A DNA stretch of 64,000 nucleotides, taken from contig CAVYTA010000006.1 in NCBI GenBank assembly GCA_963771355.1, positions 288,001 through 352,000 on the forward strand, written 5' to 3'. This document shows, piece after piece, positions 54,120 through 64,000 of this stretch; the first letter of the stretch is position 1, and each line of letters begins with the position of its first letter. Position numbers and translations under genes: made by a program. This stretch comes from an uncultured Candidatus Rokubacteria bacterium (GTDB lineage Bacteria > Methylomirabilota > Methylomirabilia > Rokubacteriales > CSP1-6). The notes below the pieces were generated by a model. The model saw only the letters and a list, made by a program, of their open reading frames with translations, was not told where the DNA came from and made no database searches.

Positions 54120-55086
54120 CCGCGGCCAGGTCCGAGTAGTCCGCGTCCGGCAGCTCGGCGAACACGGGGTTGGAGAGGTACCGCTCGCCGAAGTCGCAGA
54201 CGATGGACACGACCAGCTTCCCGCGGTTCTCCGGCCGGGCGGCGACCTGCAAGGCCACCCAGGTGATGGAGCCGGAGGAGATGCCGGCGAAGATGGCCTC
54301 CTCGCGTGCCAGGCGCCGGGCGGTGGCGATGGCGTCGTCCGTGGTCACCGTCACGATCTCGTCATAGACCTTCCGGTCGAGGTTCTCCGGGATGAAGCCC
54401 GCGCCGATGCCCTGCTGCTTGTGCGGCGAGGGGGCCCCGCCCGAGATCACCGGGCTCTCCGCGGGCTCGACGCAGACGATGCGGATGCCGGGCTTCTTCT
54501 CGCGCAGGAAGCGGCCGGCGCCGGTGATGGTGCCGCCGGTGCCCACGCCGGCCACGAAGACGTCCACCTGGCCGCCGGTGTCGGCCCAGATCTCCGGCCC
54601 CGTGGTCTGGTAGTGAATGGCGGGGTTGGCGGGATTCTCGAATTGCCGGGGGATCCAGGCGCGGTCCCCGAGCTTCTCGGCGATCTCCTCCGCCCGCGCG
54701 ATGCAGGCCTTCATGCCCTTGGGGCCTTCGGTGAGCACCACCTTGCAGCCCAGGGCGCGGAGCATGTGCTGCCGCTCCACCGTCATCGTATCCGGCATGG
54801 TGAAGATGCAGCGGTAGCCCAGCGCCGCCGCCGCGTAGGCGAGTCCGATCCCGGTATTTCCGCTAGTTGGCTCGACGATGATCATGCCGGGCTTGAGGCG
54901 GCCCCGGTCGATCGCGTCCTTGATCATGGCGTACCCGATCCGGTCCTTGACCGAGTTGAACGGGTTGTGGCCCTCGTGCTTGATCGCGACGCGGGCGGGA
55001 AGGCCGGCGGCGAGCCGGTTGAGATAGATGAGGGGGGTCCCGCCCACCGTCTCCGTGATGTTCCCGTAGATCTTGCCGTGTGGCAT
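54106..55086 (-). CDS. cysK: Cysteine synthase A (O-acetylserine sulfhydrylase)
   Basis: SVKDRI (PLP lysine), EPTSGNTG, GVGTGGT, QGIGAG, GERYLS. Confidence 0.95.
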   Translation of the reverse strand: MPHGKIYGNITETVGGTPLIYLNRLAAGLPARVAIKHEGHNPFNSVKDRIGYAMIKDAIDRGRLKPGMIIVEPTSGNTGIGLAYAAAALGYRCIFTMPDTMTVERQHMLRALGCKVVLTEGPKGMKACIARAEEIAEKLGDRAWIPRQFENPANPAIHYQTTGPEIWADTGGQVDVFVAGVGTGGTITGAGRFLREKKPGIRIVCVEPAESPVISGGAPSPHKQQGIGAGFIPENLDRKVYDEIVTVTTDDAIATARRLAREEAIFAGISSGSITWVALQVAARPENRGKLVVSIVCDFGERYLSNPVFAELPDADYSDLAAAIGA

Positions 55087-55130
55087 GCGCGGCTCCTTTC
55101 GAACTCTCTGGGGAGTATAGTCAGCGAGCC

Positions 55131-56635
55131 ATGGCTGGGCGCAAGCGGTTCATCATCGTCTTCGTGGTGGACGGCCTCCGACCCGACGCCATCACCGCCG
55201 AGGACACGCCGACGCTCCACCGACTGCGGGCCGAGGGCGTCGACTTCGCGAACAGCCACGCGGCCTTTCCCACCGTGACCCGCGTCAATGCCGCCGTCAT
55301 CTCGACCGGCACCCAGCCGGGTACCAACGGTATCGTCGGCAACCAGATCTATGTTCCCGCGGTGGATCCGCGCCGGGCGCTGGATACCGGAAACGTGCGG
55401 AACCTGATCCGGGTGGACGAGACGACCGCGGGGCAGCTGTTGCTGGCGCCGACCCTGGCCGAGCGGCTCCAGGCGCATGGCCTGCGGCTCGTCGGCGTCA
55501 GCTCGGGCTCGACCGGCAGCGCGTTCCTCCTCAATCCACGGGCGCCGGCGGGCGTCGGCGCCCTCGTCAACGGGTATCTCGACCCGGGCCGGACGGTCGC
55601 ATATCCAGCCGACGTGAGCGCGGCCGTGCTCGCCAAGTTCGGACCGGCGCCCCCCAAGGCCGGCGCGGATCGGTATGACGAGCCGGTGGCATGGACCCAG
55701 CGGGTGCTCCGCGAGTACGTGCTGCCCGAGCTCGCTCCCGACGTGGTGATCAACTGGCTGACGGAGCCGGATCACAGCCAGCACACGCGCGGCGTGGGCT
55801 CGCCGGCCGCCCGCGCCGCGCTCCGGCACGACGACACCGAGATCGCGCGCGTGCTGGCCGCCATGGACGCGCTCGGCCTGACCGCAGCGGCCGACGTCTT
55901 CGTCGTCTCGGATCACGGGTTCACCACCAATACTGCCGGCGTGGACGTGGGCCGCGAGCTGATCGAGGCGGGGCTCAAGGCCGCGGCCGACTCCGCCGAC
56001 GTGGTGCTCGCCAGCAGCGGGCAGTCAGTGGGACTGCACGTCGAGGGGCAGGCGCGCGAGCGCATCGCCGCGATCGCGCGCTTCGTGCAGTCGCGCGAGT
56101 GGGGCGGCGTGGTGTTCACCGAGGGCCGGGCCCCCGGCGATCCGCATGGAGCGGTCGAGGGGACCTTCGCTCTCGAGCTGATCCATCTGGCGCATCCCGG
56201 GCGCGCGTCCCGGACCTGCTGCTCACGTTCCCGTGGAGCTCGCGGCCGAATGCCTTCGGCGTGCCCGGCTCCGACCTGGCGAATGTGAGCGGGGGCGCCG
56301 CGCCCTACTTCAGCGACCACGGCAGCATGAGCCCCTGGAACATCCGCAATGCCGGCCTCGCCTGGGGCGTGGACTTCAAGAAGCGAGTCGCGGTGCGGAC
56401 GCCCAGCGGCAACGTGGATCTGGCGCCGACCATTCTCTGCCTGCTCGGCCTTGGAGAGGCCGGCGGCCTCGACGGACGGGTGCTGGCGGAGGCCATCGAG
56501 GGCGGCCCGGACCCGGAGCAGATGGCGGTGGAGACGCGCGTTCATATGGTTGAAGCGGCGGCCTATCGCGCCGCCGTCCAGGTGAGCACGGTGGCCGGCC
56601 ACCGCTATGTCGACAAGAGCTGGCGCATTCTCTAG
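55131..56635 (+). CDS. Alkaline phosphatase superfamily / nucleotide pyrophosphatase-like protein, frameshifted near 56205
   Basis: VDGLRPD, PTVTRVN, EPDHSQH, SDHG in frame 1; PDLLL...DHGS...NVDLAPTIL...DGRVL in frame 2. Confidence 0.85.
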
Positions 56636-56649
56636 GAGGGGGAGGACCC

Positions 56650-57504
56650 ATGGACTTCGGCGCGGCGATCTTCTTCACGGATTACTCGATGGGCCCGGTC
56701 GAGCTGGGGCGCGCGCTCGAGGAGCGGGGATTCGGCTCGCTGTGGGCGCCCGAGCACTCGCATATCCCGCTCTCGCGCCGGACGCCGTTCCCGCAGGGCG
56801 GGGACCTGCCGAAGAAGTATTACGACGTCATGGATCCCTTTGTCACGCTGGCGGCGGCCGCCGCGGCGACCACGCGCCTGCAGGTGGCCACCGGCGTGTG
56901 CCTCGTCGTCCAGCGCGATCCCATCCAGACCGCGAAGGCGGTGGCCAGCCTCGACCAGGTCTCGGGCGGGCGCGTCCTCTTCGGCATCGGCGCGGGCTGG
57001 AACGCGGAGGAGATGGCGGACCACGGGACGGAGTTCAAGACGCGCTTCCAGGTCATGCGGGAGCGGGTCGAGGCGATGAAGGCGATCTGGACGAAGTCCA
57101 AGCCGGAGTATCAGGGCGAGTTCGTCAACTTTCCCCCGATGATGACCTGGCCCAAGCCCGTGCAGAAGCCCCACCCGCCGGTGATCGTGGGCGGCGCCTA
57201 TCCCCACGGCGCGCGGCGGGCCATCGCCTTCGGGGACGGCTGGGTCCCCCATGCGCGCCGGCCCGCCTATGGCGACGTGCTCGGGCTCCTGCCGGATTTC
57301 CGCAAGCTCGCCACCGAAGCGGGCCGCGACCCAGCCACCCTCCCGATCACGATCTTCGGCGTGGCCGAGGACCCCGACCTCGTGAAGCGGTATCGCGATG
57401 CCGGGGTGGCGCGGGTGGTGTTCAACCTGACGCCCGCGGGCGCGGATGAGGTGCTGCCGGTGCTGGACCGGTGCGCGGGGCTGATGCGAGGGGTGGGTGC
57501 GTGA
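56650..57504 (+). CDS. LLM class F420-dependent oxidoreductase (Rv2161c-like)
   Basis: SLWAPEHSHIP, DPFVTL, GIGAGWNAEEM, PKPVQKPHPP. Confidence 0.9.
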   Translation: MDFGAAIFFTDYSMGPVELGRALEERGFGSLWAPEHSHIPLSRRTPFPQGGDLPKKYYDVMDPFVTLAAAAAATTRLQVATGVCLVVQRDPIQTAKAVASLDQVSGGRVLFGIGAGWNAEEMADHGTEFKTRFQVMRERVEAMKAIWTKSKPEYQGEFVNFPPMMTWPKPVQKPHPPVIVGGAYPHGARRAIAFGDGWVPHARRPAYGDVLGLLPDFRKLATEAGRDPATLPITIFGVAEDPDLVKRYRDAGVARVVFNLTPAGADEVLPVLDRCAGLMRGVGA

Positions 57505-57567
57505 ATGATGTTCTCTGAAGTATAGTGAAGCGGTCGGCAGCCGCGACACAGGGGGAGACCAGGACTG

Positions 57568-58428
57568 ATGCGATACGAGGCACCAGAGTCGGTGGAAGGA
57601 GCGGTCGCGCTTCTCGCGAGCGCGACGGGCGAGGCACGGGTACTGGCGGGGGGCACCGATCTCCTGGTCCAGATGCGCGCGGACGTGGTGGATCCCGAGC
57701 TCATCGTCGACATCAAGAAGATCGCCGAGACGCGCGCGATCACGGAGGAAAAGGGCGGCTGGCGCATCGGCGCCGCGGTGACGGGCGCCGAGCTCAAGGA
57801 GCATGCGCGGCTCAAGCAGGCCTGGCCGGGCGTGGTGGAGGCGGCGAACCTCATCGGCTCCACCCAGGTGCAGGGTCGGGCCACGCTTGGGGGCAATCTC
57901 TGCAATGGCTCTCCTGCGGCCGACAGCGTGCCCGCGCTCATCGCGGCGGGGGCAATGGCCACTCTGGCCGGTCCCAAGGGCAAGCGCGATCTGCCGGTCG
58001 AGGACGTCATGCTGGGGCCCCGCAAGCTCGCGCTCACCAAGGGTGAGATCGTGGTGTCCTTTCTCCTGCCGCCCCGCCCGCCGCGCTCCAGCGACGCCTA
58101 CCTCCGTTTCATTCCCCGGACCGAGATGGATATTGCCGTGGTGGGCGCCGGAGTGAGCCTGACCCTCGATGCCGGCGGGACCATCACCGCGGCGCGGGTG
58201 AGCCTGGGGGCGGTGGCGGCGCGGGTGCTGCTGGTGCCCGAGGCGGCCCAGGCCATCATCGGGAGCCGGCTGGACAAGCCGGCGCAGGACCGGCTCGAGG
58301 CGGCCGCGCGGGCAGCCTGCCGGCCCATTGACGACAAGCGAGGCACTACCGAGTTCCGCATCGACGTGGCAGCCGTGCTGACCCGGCGCGCTGCCCTGAT
58401 CGCGCTGGACCGAGCGAGGGCGAGCTGA
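57568..58428 (+). CDS. Xanthine dehydrogenase/CoxM family FAD-binding subunit
   Basis: AGGTDL, ATLGGNLCNGSPAAD, PIDDKRG. Confidence 0.92.
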   Translation: MRYEAPESVEGAVALLASATGEARVLAGGTDLLVQMRADVVDPELIVDIKKIAETRAITEEKGGWRIGAAVTGAELKEHARLKQAWPGVVEAANLIGSTQVQGRATLGGNLCNGSPAADSVPALIAAGAMATLAGPKGKRDLPVEDVMLGPRKLALTKGEIVVSFLLPPRPPRSSDAYLRFIPRTEMDIAVVGAGVSLTLDAGGTITAARVSLGAVAARVLLVPEAAQAIIGSRLDKPAQDRLEAAARAACRPIDDKRGTTEFRIDVAAVLTRRAALIALDRARAS

Positions 58429-58904
58429 TGGCCAAGCACCATATCGGGGCGACGGTGAACGGAGATCCGGTCGAGTTCCTCTGCGAGACGGAGGACACGC
58501 TTCTCGACGTGCTCCGCGACACGCTGAATCTCACCGGCAGCAAGGAAGGGTGCTCCTCCGGGGACTGCGGCGCGTGCAGCGTGATGCTCGACGGCCGGCT
58601 GGTCTGCTCCTGCCTCGTGCTGGGCTGCGAGGTGGGCGGGCGATCGGTCGAGACCATCGAGGGCATGGCCAAGGGCGAGACGCTGCATCCGCTTCAGAAG
58701 CGGTTCCTGGAGAGCGCCGCGCTCCAGTGCGGCATCTGCACCCCGGGCTTCCTGGTCGCCAGCAAGGCGCTTCTCGAGCGAACGACCAGCCCGACCGAGC
58801 ACGAGGTGCGCTACTGGCTGGCCGGCAACCTCTGCCGATGCACCGGGTACGACAAGATCGTGAGCGCGGTGATGGACACGGCCGCGGCAATGAGAAAGGG
58901 ATAG
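58428..58904 (+). CDS. Xanthine dehydrogenase/CoxS family 2x[2Fe-2S] subunit
   Basis: GCSSGDCGAC, QCGICTPG, NLCRCTGY. Confidence 0.93.
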   Translation: MAKHHIGATVNGDPVEFLCETEDTLLDVLRDTLNLTGSKEGCSSGDCGACSVMLDGRLVCSCLVLGCEVGGRSVETIEGMAKGETLHPLQKRFLESAALQCGICTPGFLVASKALLERTTSPTEHEVRYWLAGNLCRCTGYDKIVSAVMDTAAAMRKG

Positions 58905-58907
58905 ATC

Positions 58908-61202
58908 ATGGCCGAGACGAATGGGCATTCCCAGGGGAATGGGCAGCACGTTGTCGGTACCCGCACCGTCCGCCCGGACGGACTGGACAAGGTCACCGGT
59001 CGCGCCCGCTTCGGCGCCGACTTCAACCTGGCCGGCCAGCTCATCGGCCGGGTGCTGCGGAGCCCGCACCCGCATGCGCGCATCGTCTCGATCGACACCT
59101 CGAAAGCGGAGGCGCTGCCCGGCGTGAAGGCCGTGGTGACCCGGGACGATTTCCCCGACCAGCCGTCGGAGTTCATCCCCGCCGGCGAGATGATGATGAA
59201 CTACAAGGACGTGGTGCGGAACGTCATGGCCCGCGAGAAGGTGCTGTACGAGGGGCACGCGGTGGCCGCGGTGGCCGCCACCAGCACCGCCATCGCCCGG
59301 CGCGCGGTCAAGCTCATCGACGTGAAGTACGAGGTGCTGCCCCACGTCATCGACGTGGTCGAGGCCATGCGCCCCGACGCCCCGCTGCTCCACGACGATC
59401 TCTTCACGGCGGGGGTCGAGCCCAAGCCCGAGAAGCCCTCCAACATCGCCAAGCGCGTGGAGGTCAAGCAGGGCGACGTCGAAGCCGGCTTCAAGCTGGC
59501 CGACATCATCGTCGAGCGCGAGTTCAAGACCGCGCCGGTACACCAGGGCTATATCGAGCCGCATGCTGCCCTCGCCACCGTCTCCGAGGATGGCTCCGCC
59601 GAGGTTTGGACCACCACCCAGGGCCACTTCATCGTGCGCGCCCACTGCGCCCGGCTGCTCGGGCTGGACATCGGCAAGGTCCGCGTCACCGCGACCGAGA
59701 TCGGCGGCGGCTTCGGCGGCAAGACGGTGGTTTATCTCGAGCCGCTGGCCATCGCGCTGTCCCGGAAGGCCAATCGCCCGGTGAAGATGGTCATGTCGCG
59801 CGAGGAAGTGTTCAAGGCCTCCGGCCCGACCTCCGGCGCGACGGTGCGGGTGAAGATGGGCGCCACCAAGGGCGGCAAGTTCGTGGCGGGCTTCGCGGAG
59901 CTCAAGTACCAGGCGGGCGCCTTCCAGGGCTCGCCGGTGCAGCCCGGCACCATGTGCGCCTACGCGCCTTACGACATCGAGCACGTGTACGTGATCGGCT
60001 ACGACGTGGTGTCGAATCGGCCGAAGGTGGCGGCGTATCGGGCGCCCGGCGCGCCGATCTCGGAGTACGCGGTCGAGAGCGTGGTGGACGAGATCGCCAA
60101 GAAGCTCGACATCGACCCCATCGACCTCCGCATGCAGAACGCCGCGCGCGAAGGCACCAAGGCGGCCTACGGCCCCAAGTTCGGCCCCATCGGGCTCGAG
60201 GAGACACTGAACGCGATCAAGAAGACCGAGCACTGGAACGCCCCGCTGCGGAAGTGGCAGGGCCGCGGCGTGGCCTCCGGCTTCTGGTTCAATATCGGCG
60301 GCGAGACCTGCGTCTCGCTGACGGTGAACGAGGACGGCACGGTCTCGCTGATGGCGGGCACGCCCGATATCGGCGGGCTGCGCGCCTCCCTGGCCGCGGT
60401 GGCCGCGGACGAGCTGGGCGTGCCCTACGACAAGGTGCGCCCCATCATCGGCGACACCGGCTCGCTGGGCTTCAACTTCCTCACCGGCGGCAGCCGCTCG
60501 GCCTTCTCGGGCTCCATGGCCATCGTGGAGGCGGCCAAGCAGATCAAGGCGGACCTCTGCGCGCGCGCCTGCAAGCTGTGGGAGGCCAAGCCGGACCAGG
60601 TCGAGTTCTCGGAGGGCCACGTGCGACCGCTGGGCGCGCTGGCCGAGAAGGTCAAGCCGATGTCGGTGGTGGACTTCGCCAAGGTGGCCGGCAAGACCGG
60701 CGGGCCCATCGGCGGCGTGGGGCGCATCAATGCCCAGGGCGCCGGGCCGAGCTTCGGGACCCACCTGGTGGACCTCGAGGTGGATCCGGAAACCGGCCGG
60801 ACCACCATCCTGCGCTATACCGTCGCCCAGGACGCGGGGCGGGCGCTGCACCCCGCCTATGTCGAGGGACAGTACCAGGGCGGCGCGGTGCAGGGGATCG
60901 GCTGGGCGCTGAACGAGGAGTACATCTACGGCGAGGACGGCAAGCTGCAGAACGCCGGCTTCCTCGACTACCGCATGCCGGTGGCCTCCGACGTGCCGAT
61001 GATCGACGCCATCCTGGTCGAGGTAGCCAACCCCAAGCATCCGTATGGCGTCCGCGGCGTCGGCGAGACGCCCATCGTCCCGCCGCTGGGGGCCATCGCC
61101 AACGCCATGGAGGCCGCCACCGGCATCCGCTTCACCGAGCTGCCGATGTCGCCGCCCAAGGTGCTCAAGGCACTCAAGGACAAGGGCCTCGCCAAGGTCT
61201 GA
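58908..61202 (+). CDS. Xanthine dehydrogenase family molybdopterin-binding subunit
   Basis: KVTGRARF, IGGGFGGK, AYRAPG, GGAVQGIG, GVGE. Confidence 0.93.
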   Translation: MAETNGHSQGNGQHVVGTRTVRPDGLDKVTGRARFGADFNLAGQLIGRVLRSPHPHARIVSIDTSKAEALPGVKAVVTRDDFPDQPSEFIPAGEMMMNYKDVVRNVMAREKVLYEGHAVAAVAATSTAIARRAVKLIDVKYEVLPHVIDVVEAMRPDAPLLHDDLFTAGVEPKPEKPSNIAKRVEVKQGDVEAGFKLADIIVEREFKTAPVHQGYIEPHAALATVSEDGSAEVWTTTQGHFIVRAHCARLLGLDIGKVRVTATEIGGGFGGKTVVYLEPLAIALSRKANRPVKMVMSREEVFKASGPTSGATVRVKMGATKGGKFVAGFAELKYQAGAFQGSPVQPGTMCAYAPYDIEHVYVIGYDVVSNRPKVAAYRAPGAPISEYAVESVVDEIAKKLDIDPIDLRMQNAAREGTKAAYGPKFGPIGLEETLNAIKKTEHWNAPLRKWQGRGVASGFWFNIGGETCVSLTVNEDGTVSLMAGTPDIGGLRASLAAVAADELGVPYDKVRPIIGDTGSLGFNFLTGGSRSAFSGSMAIVEAAKQIKADLCARACKLWEAKPDQVEFSEGHVRPLGALAEKVKPMSVVDFAKVAGKTGGPIGGVGRINAQGAGPSFGTHLVDLEVDPETGRTTILRYTVAQDAGRALHPAYVEGQYQGGAVQGIGWALNEEYIYGEDGKLQNAGFLDYRMPVASDVPMIDAILVEVANPKHPYGVRGVGETPIVPPLGAIANAMEAATGIRFTELPMSPPKVLKALKDKGLAKV

Positions 61203-61210
61203 GATCGGAC

Positions 61211-61468
61211 ATGGCGAAGGTGGTGCTGATTGGCAACCTCGCCCAGCTCACGGGGGGCATCGCCGAGTTTCAGCTTGCGGTTTCGTCGGTGAAGCAGCTC
61301 TTCGATCAGCTCGGCGCTCTGCATCCGGAACTCCGCCGCCACCTCGATGACGGGGTGGCGGTGGCCATCGACGGCCAGATCTACCAGGACTCGCTGCTGG
61401 AGCCCATCGCGCCCGACAGCGAGGTCTATCTCCTCCCGCAGATCGCGGGAGGAGCGATGTCCCCCTGA
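61211..61468 (+). CDS. MoaD/ThiS family ubiquitin-like sulfur carrier with a 4-aa extension after GG
   Basis: MAKVVLIGNL...VAVAIDG...EVYLLPQIAGG-AMSP-stop; corresponds to the last 85 codons of track ORF 58550..61468. Confidence 0.85.
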   Translation: MAKVVLIGNLAQLTGGIAEFQLAVSSVKQLFDQLGALHPELRRHLDDGVAVAIDGQIYQDSLLEPIAPDSEVYLLPQIAGGAMSP

Positions 61469-62148
61469 TCCGCCGCGGTCTCGCCGCGCTCGCCCTCGTG
61501 GTGCTCGGCGTGCTGGCCGTCCGCGCGGACGCCCAGAGTCTCTTCGACTACATCTCCTTCGACGGCGTCGACTATGTTCGGTGGGCGGAGGAGCCCGGCC
61601 GGTTGCTGGAGCGGGGCGACCTCGGGCCCGAGTTCGGCGTGGTCACGTGCTCCTTCGGAGAGGACTCCCGGAGCTGTCCCTACGGGATCGACGCGGGTGC
61701 GGCATACATGCCGGCGGGGACGCGCATCCATGCCGTCCGCGGCTACGCGACGGATTTCCGGCTCGCCGCGGTGTGGAAGGACCGGATCTTCCTCTACCAG
61801 GCCTGGCGGAACCCGCGCGCTCGGACGGGCCGTGACCTCTTCGACATCGGCGGCAAGGTGCGGGCCATCGACGTGCAGCGCGGCGAGGCGGCGGCGTCTG
61901 GGGTAGGGGTGCACGCCACCATCGCCGGGCCCCGGGACGTCGAGGCGCTCGTGGACCTGATCGTGCGCGCGGCGGTGCGACGGCCGTCTCCGCACGCGGT
62001 GGGCGAGCCGCGCTACTGGCTCACCTTCTGGCTGACCGACGGGACCACCCTGGGCCGGCCCTATTTCCCCGACTCGGGCGAGCTGCTGGGCGGGGTGGTA
62101 CTGCCCGCGGAGTTCCGCGCCCTCGTCGAGGGCCACCTCCCCGACTGA
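61465..62148 (+). CDS. Hypothetical secreted protein
   Basis: The frame extends upstream of GTG 61498 to CTG 61465, giving the signal peptide (M)IRRGLAALALVVLGVLAVRADA; the start is uncertain. Confidence 0.7.
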   Translation: MIRRGLAALALVVLGVLAVRADAQSLFDYISFDGVDYVRWAEEPGRLLERGDLGPEFGVVTCSFGEDSRSCPYGIDAGAAYMPAGTRIHAVRGYATDFRLAAVWKDRIFLYQAWRNPRARTGRDLFDIGGKVRAIDVQRGEAAASGVGVHATIAGPRDVEALVDLIVRAAVRRPSPHAVGEPRYWLTFWLTDGTTLGRPYFPDSGELLGGVVLPAEFRALVEGHLPD

Positions 62149-62164
62149 CTACGCGCGCGGGCGC

Positions 62165-64000
<1,836 letters not shown>

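Noticed and set aside
57568..61202. Aerobic CO dehydrogenase (coxMSL)
   Set aside because: The AYxCSFR Cu-binding loop and cox accessory genes are absent.
61466..61468. Selenocysteine read-through at the MoaD TGA or other TGA stops
   Set aside because: Not at a conserved Cys position, and the downstream gene is in a different frame; only the 39815 TGA meets the criteria.

Overview
A gene-dense, very high-GC bacterial window with about 50 CDSs. I recognised no rRNA, tRNA, CRISPR array or transposase. The gene content (orphan ABC_sub_bind proteins, multi-GAF histidine kinases, TakP-like TRAP binding proteins, Uma2 and DUF222-HNH genes, LLM oxidoreductases) resembles Candidatus Rokubacteria / Methylomirabilota; that assignment is an inference. 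Recognisable genes include putA, a 1-Cys peroxiredoxin, leuCD, sdhCAB, cysK, a GH15 hydrolase, a sugar ABC module, a xanthine-dehydrogenase-family trio with a MoaD/ThiS-like protein, and archaeal-type DNA topoisomerase VI (top6B/top6A). Main points of interest: (1) a membrane-anchored AhpC/TSA selenoprotein that the ORF track splits at an in-frame UGA (W-U-P-F-C), followed by a SECIS-like hairpin; (2) a transporter-less operon of three diversified TRAP binding proteins, an ABC binding protein, a Cache-HAMP-4xGAF kinase, a response regulator and a receiver-adenylate cyclase, which is a candidate binding-protein-fed cyclic-nucleotide signalling system; (3) Topo VI with a histone-H1-like basic tail and an unrelated binding-protein gene between its subunits; (4) many apparently leaderless promoters; (5) a displaced, microhomology-deleted copy of a hydrolase 3' end flanking a Gly-rich secreted-protein gene with a sigma54-like promoter. 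Five small frameshifts occur in otherwise intact genes and may be read or assembly errors.
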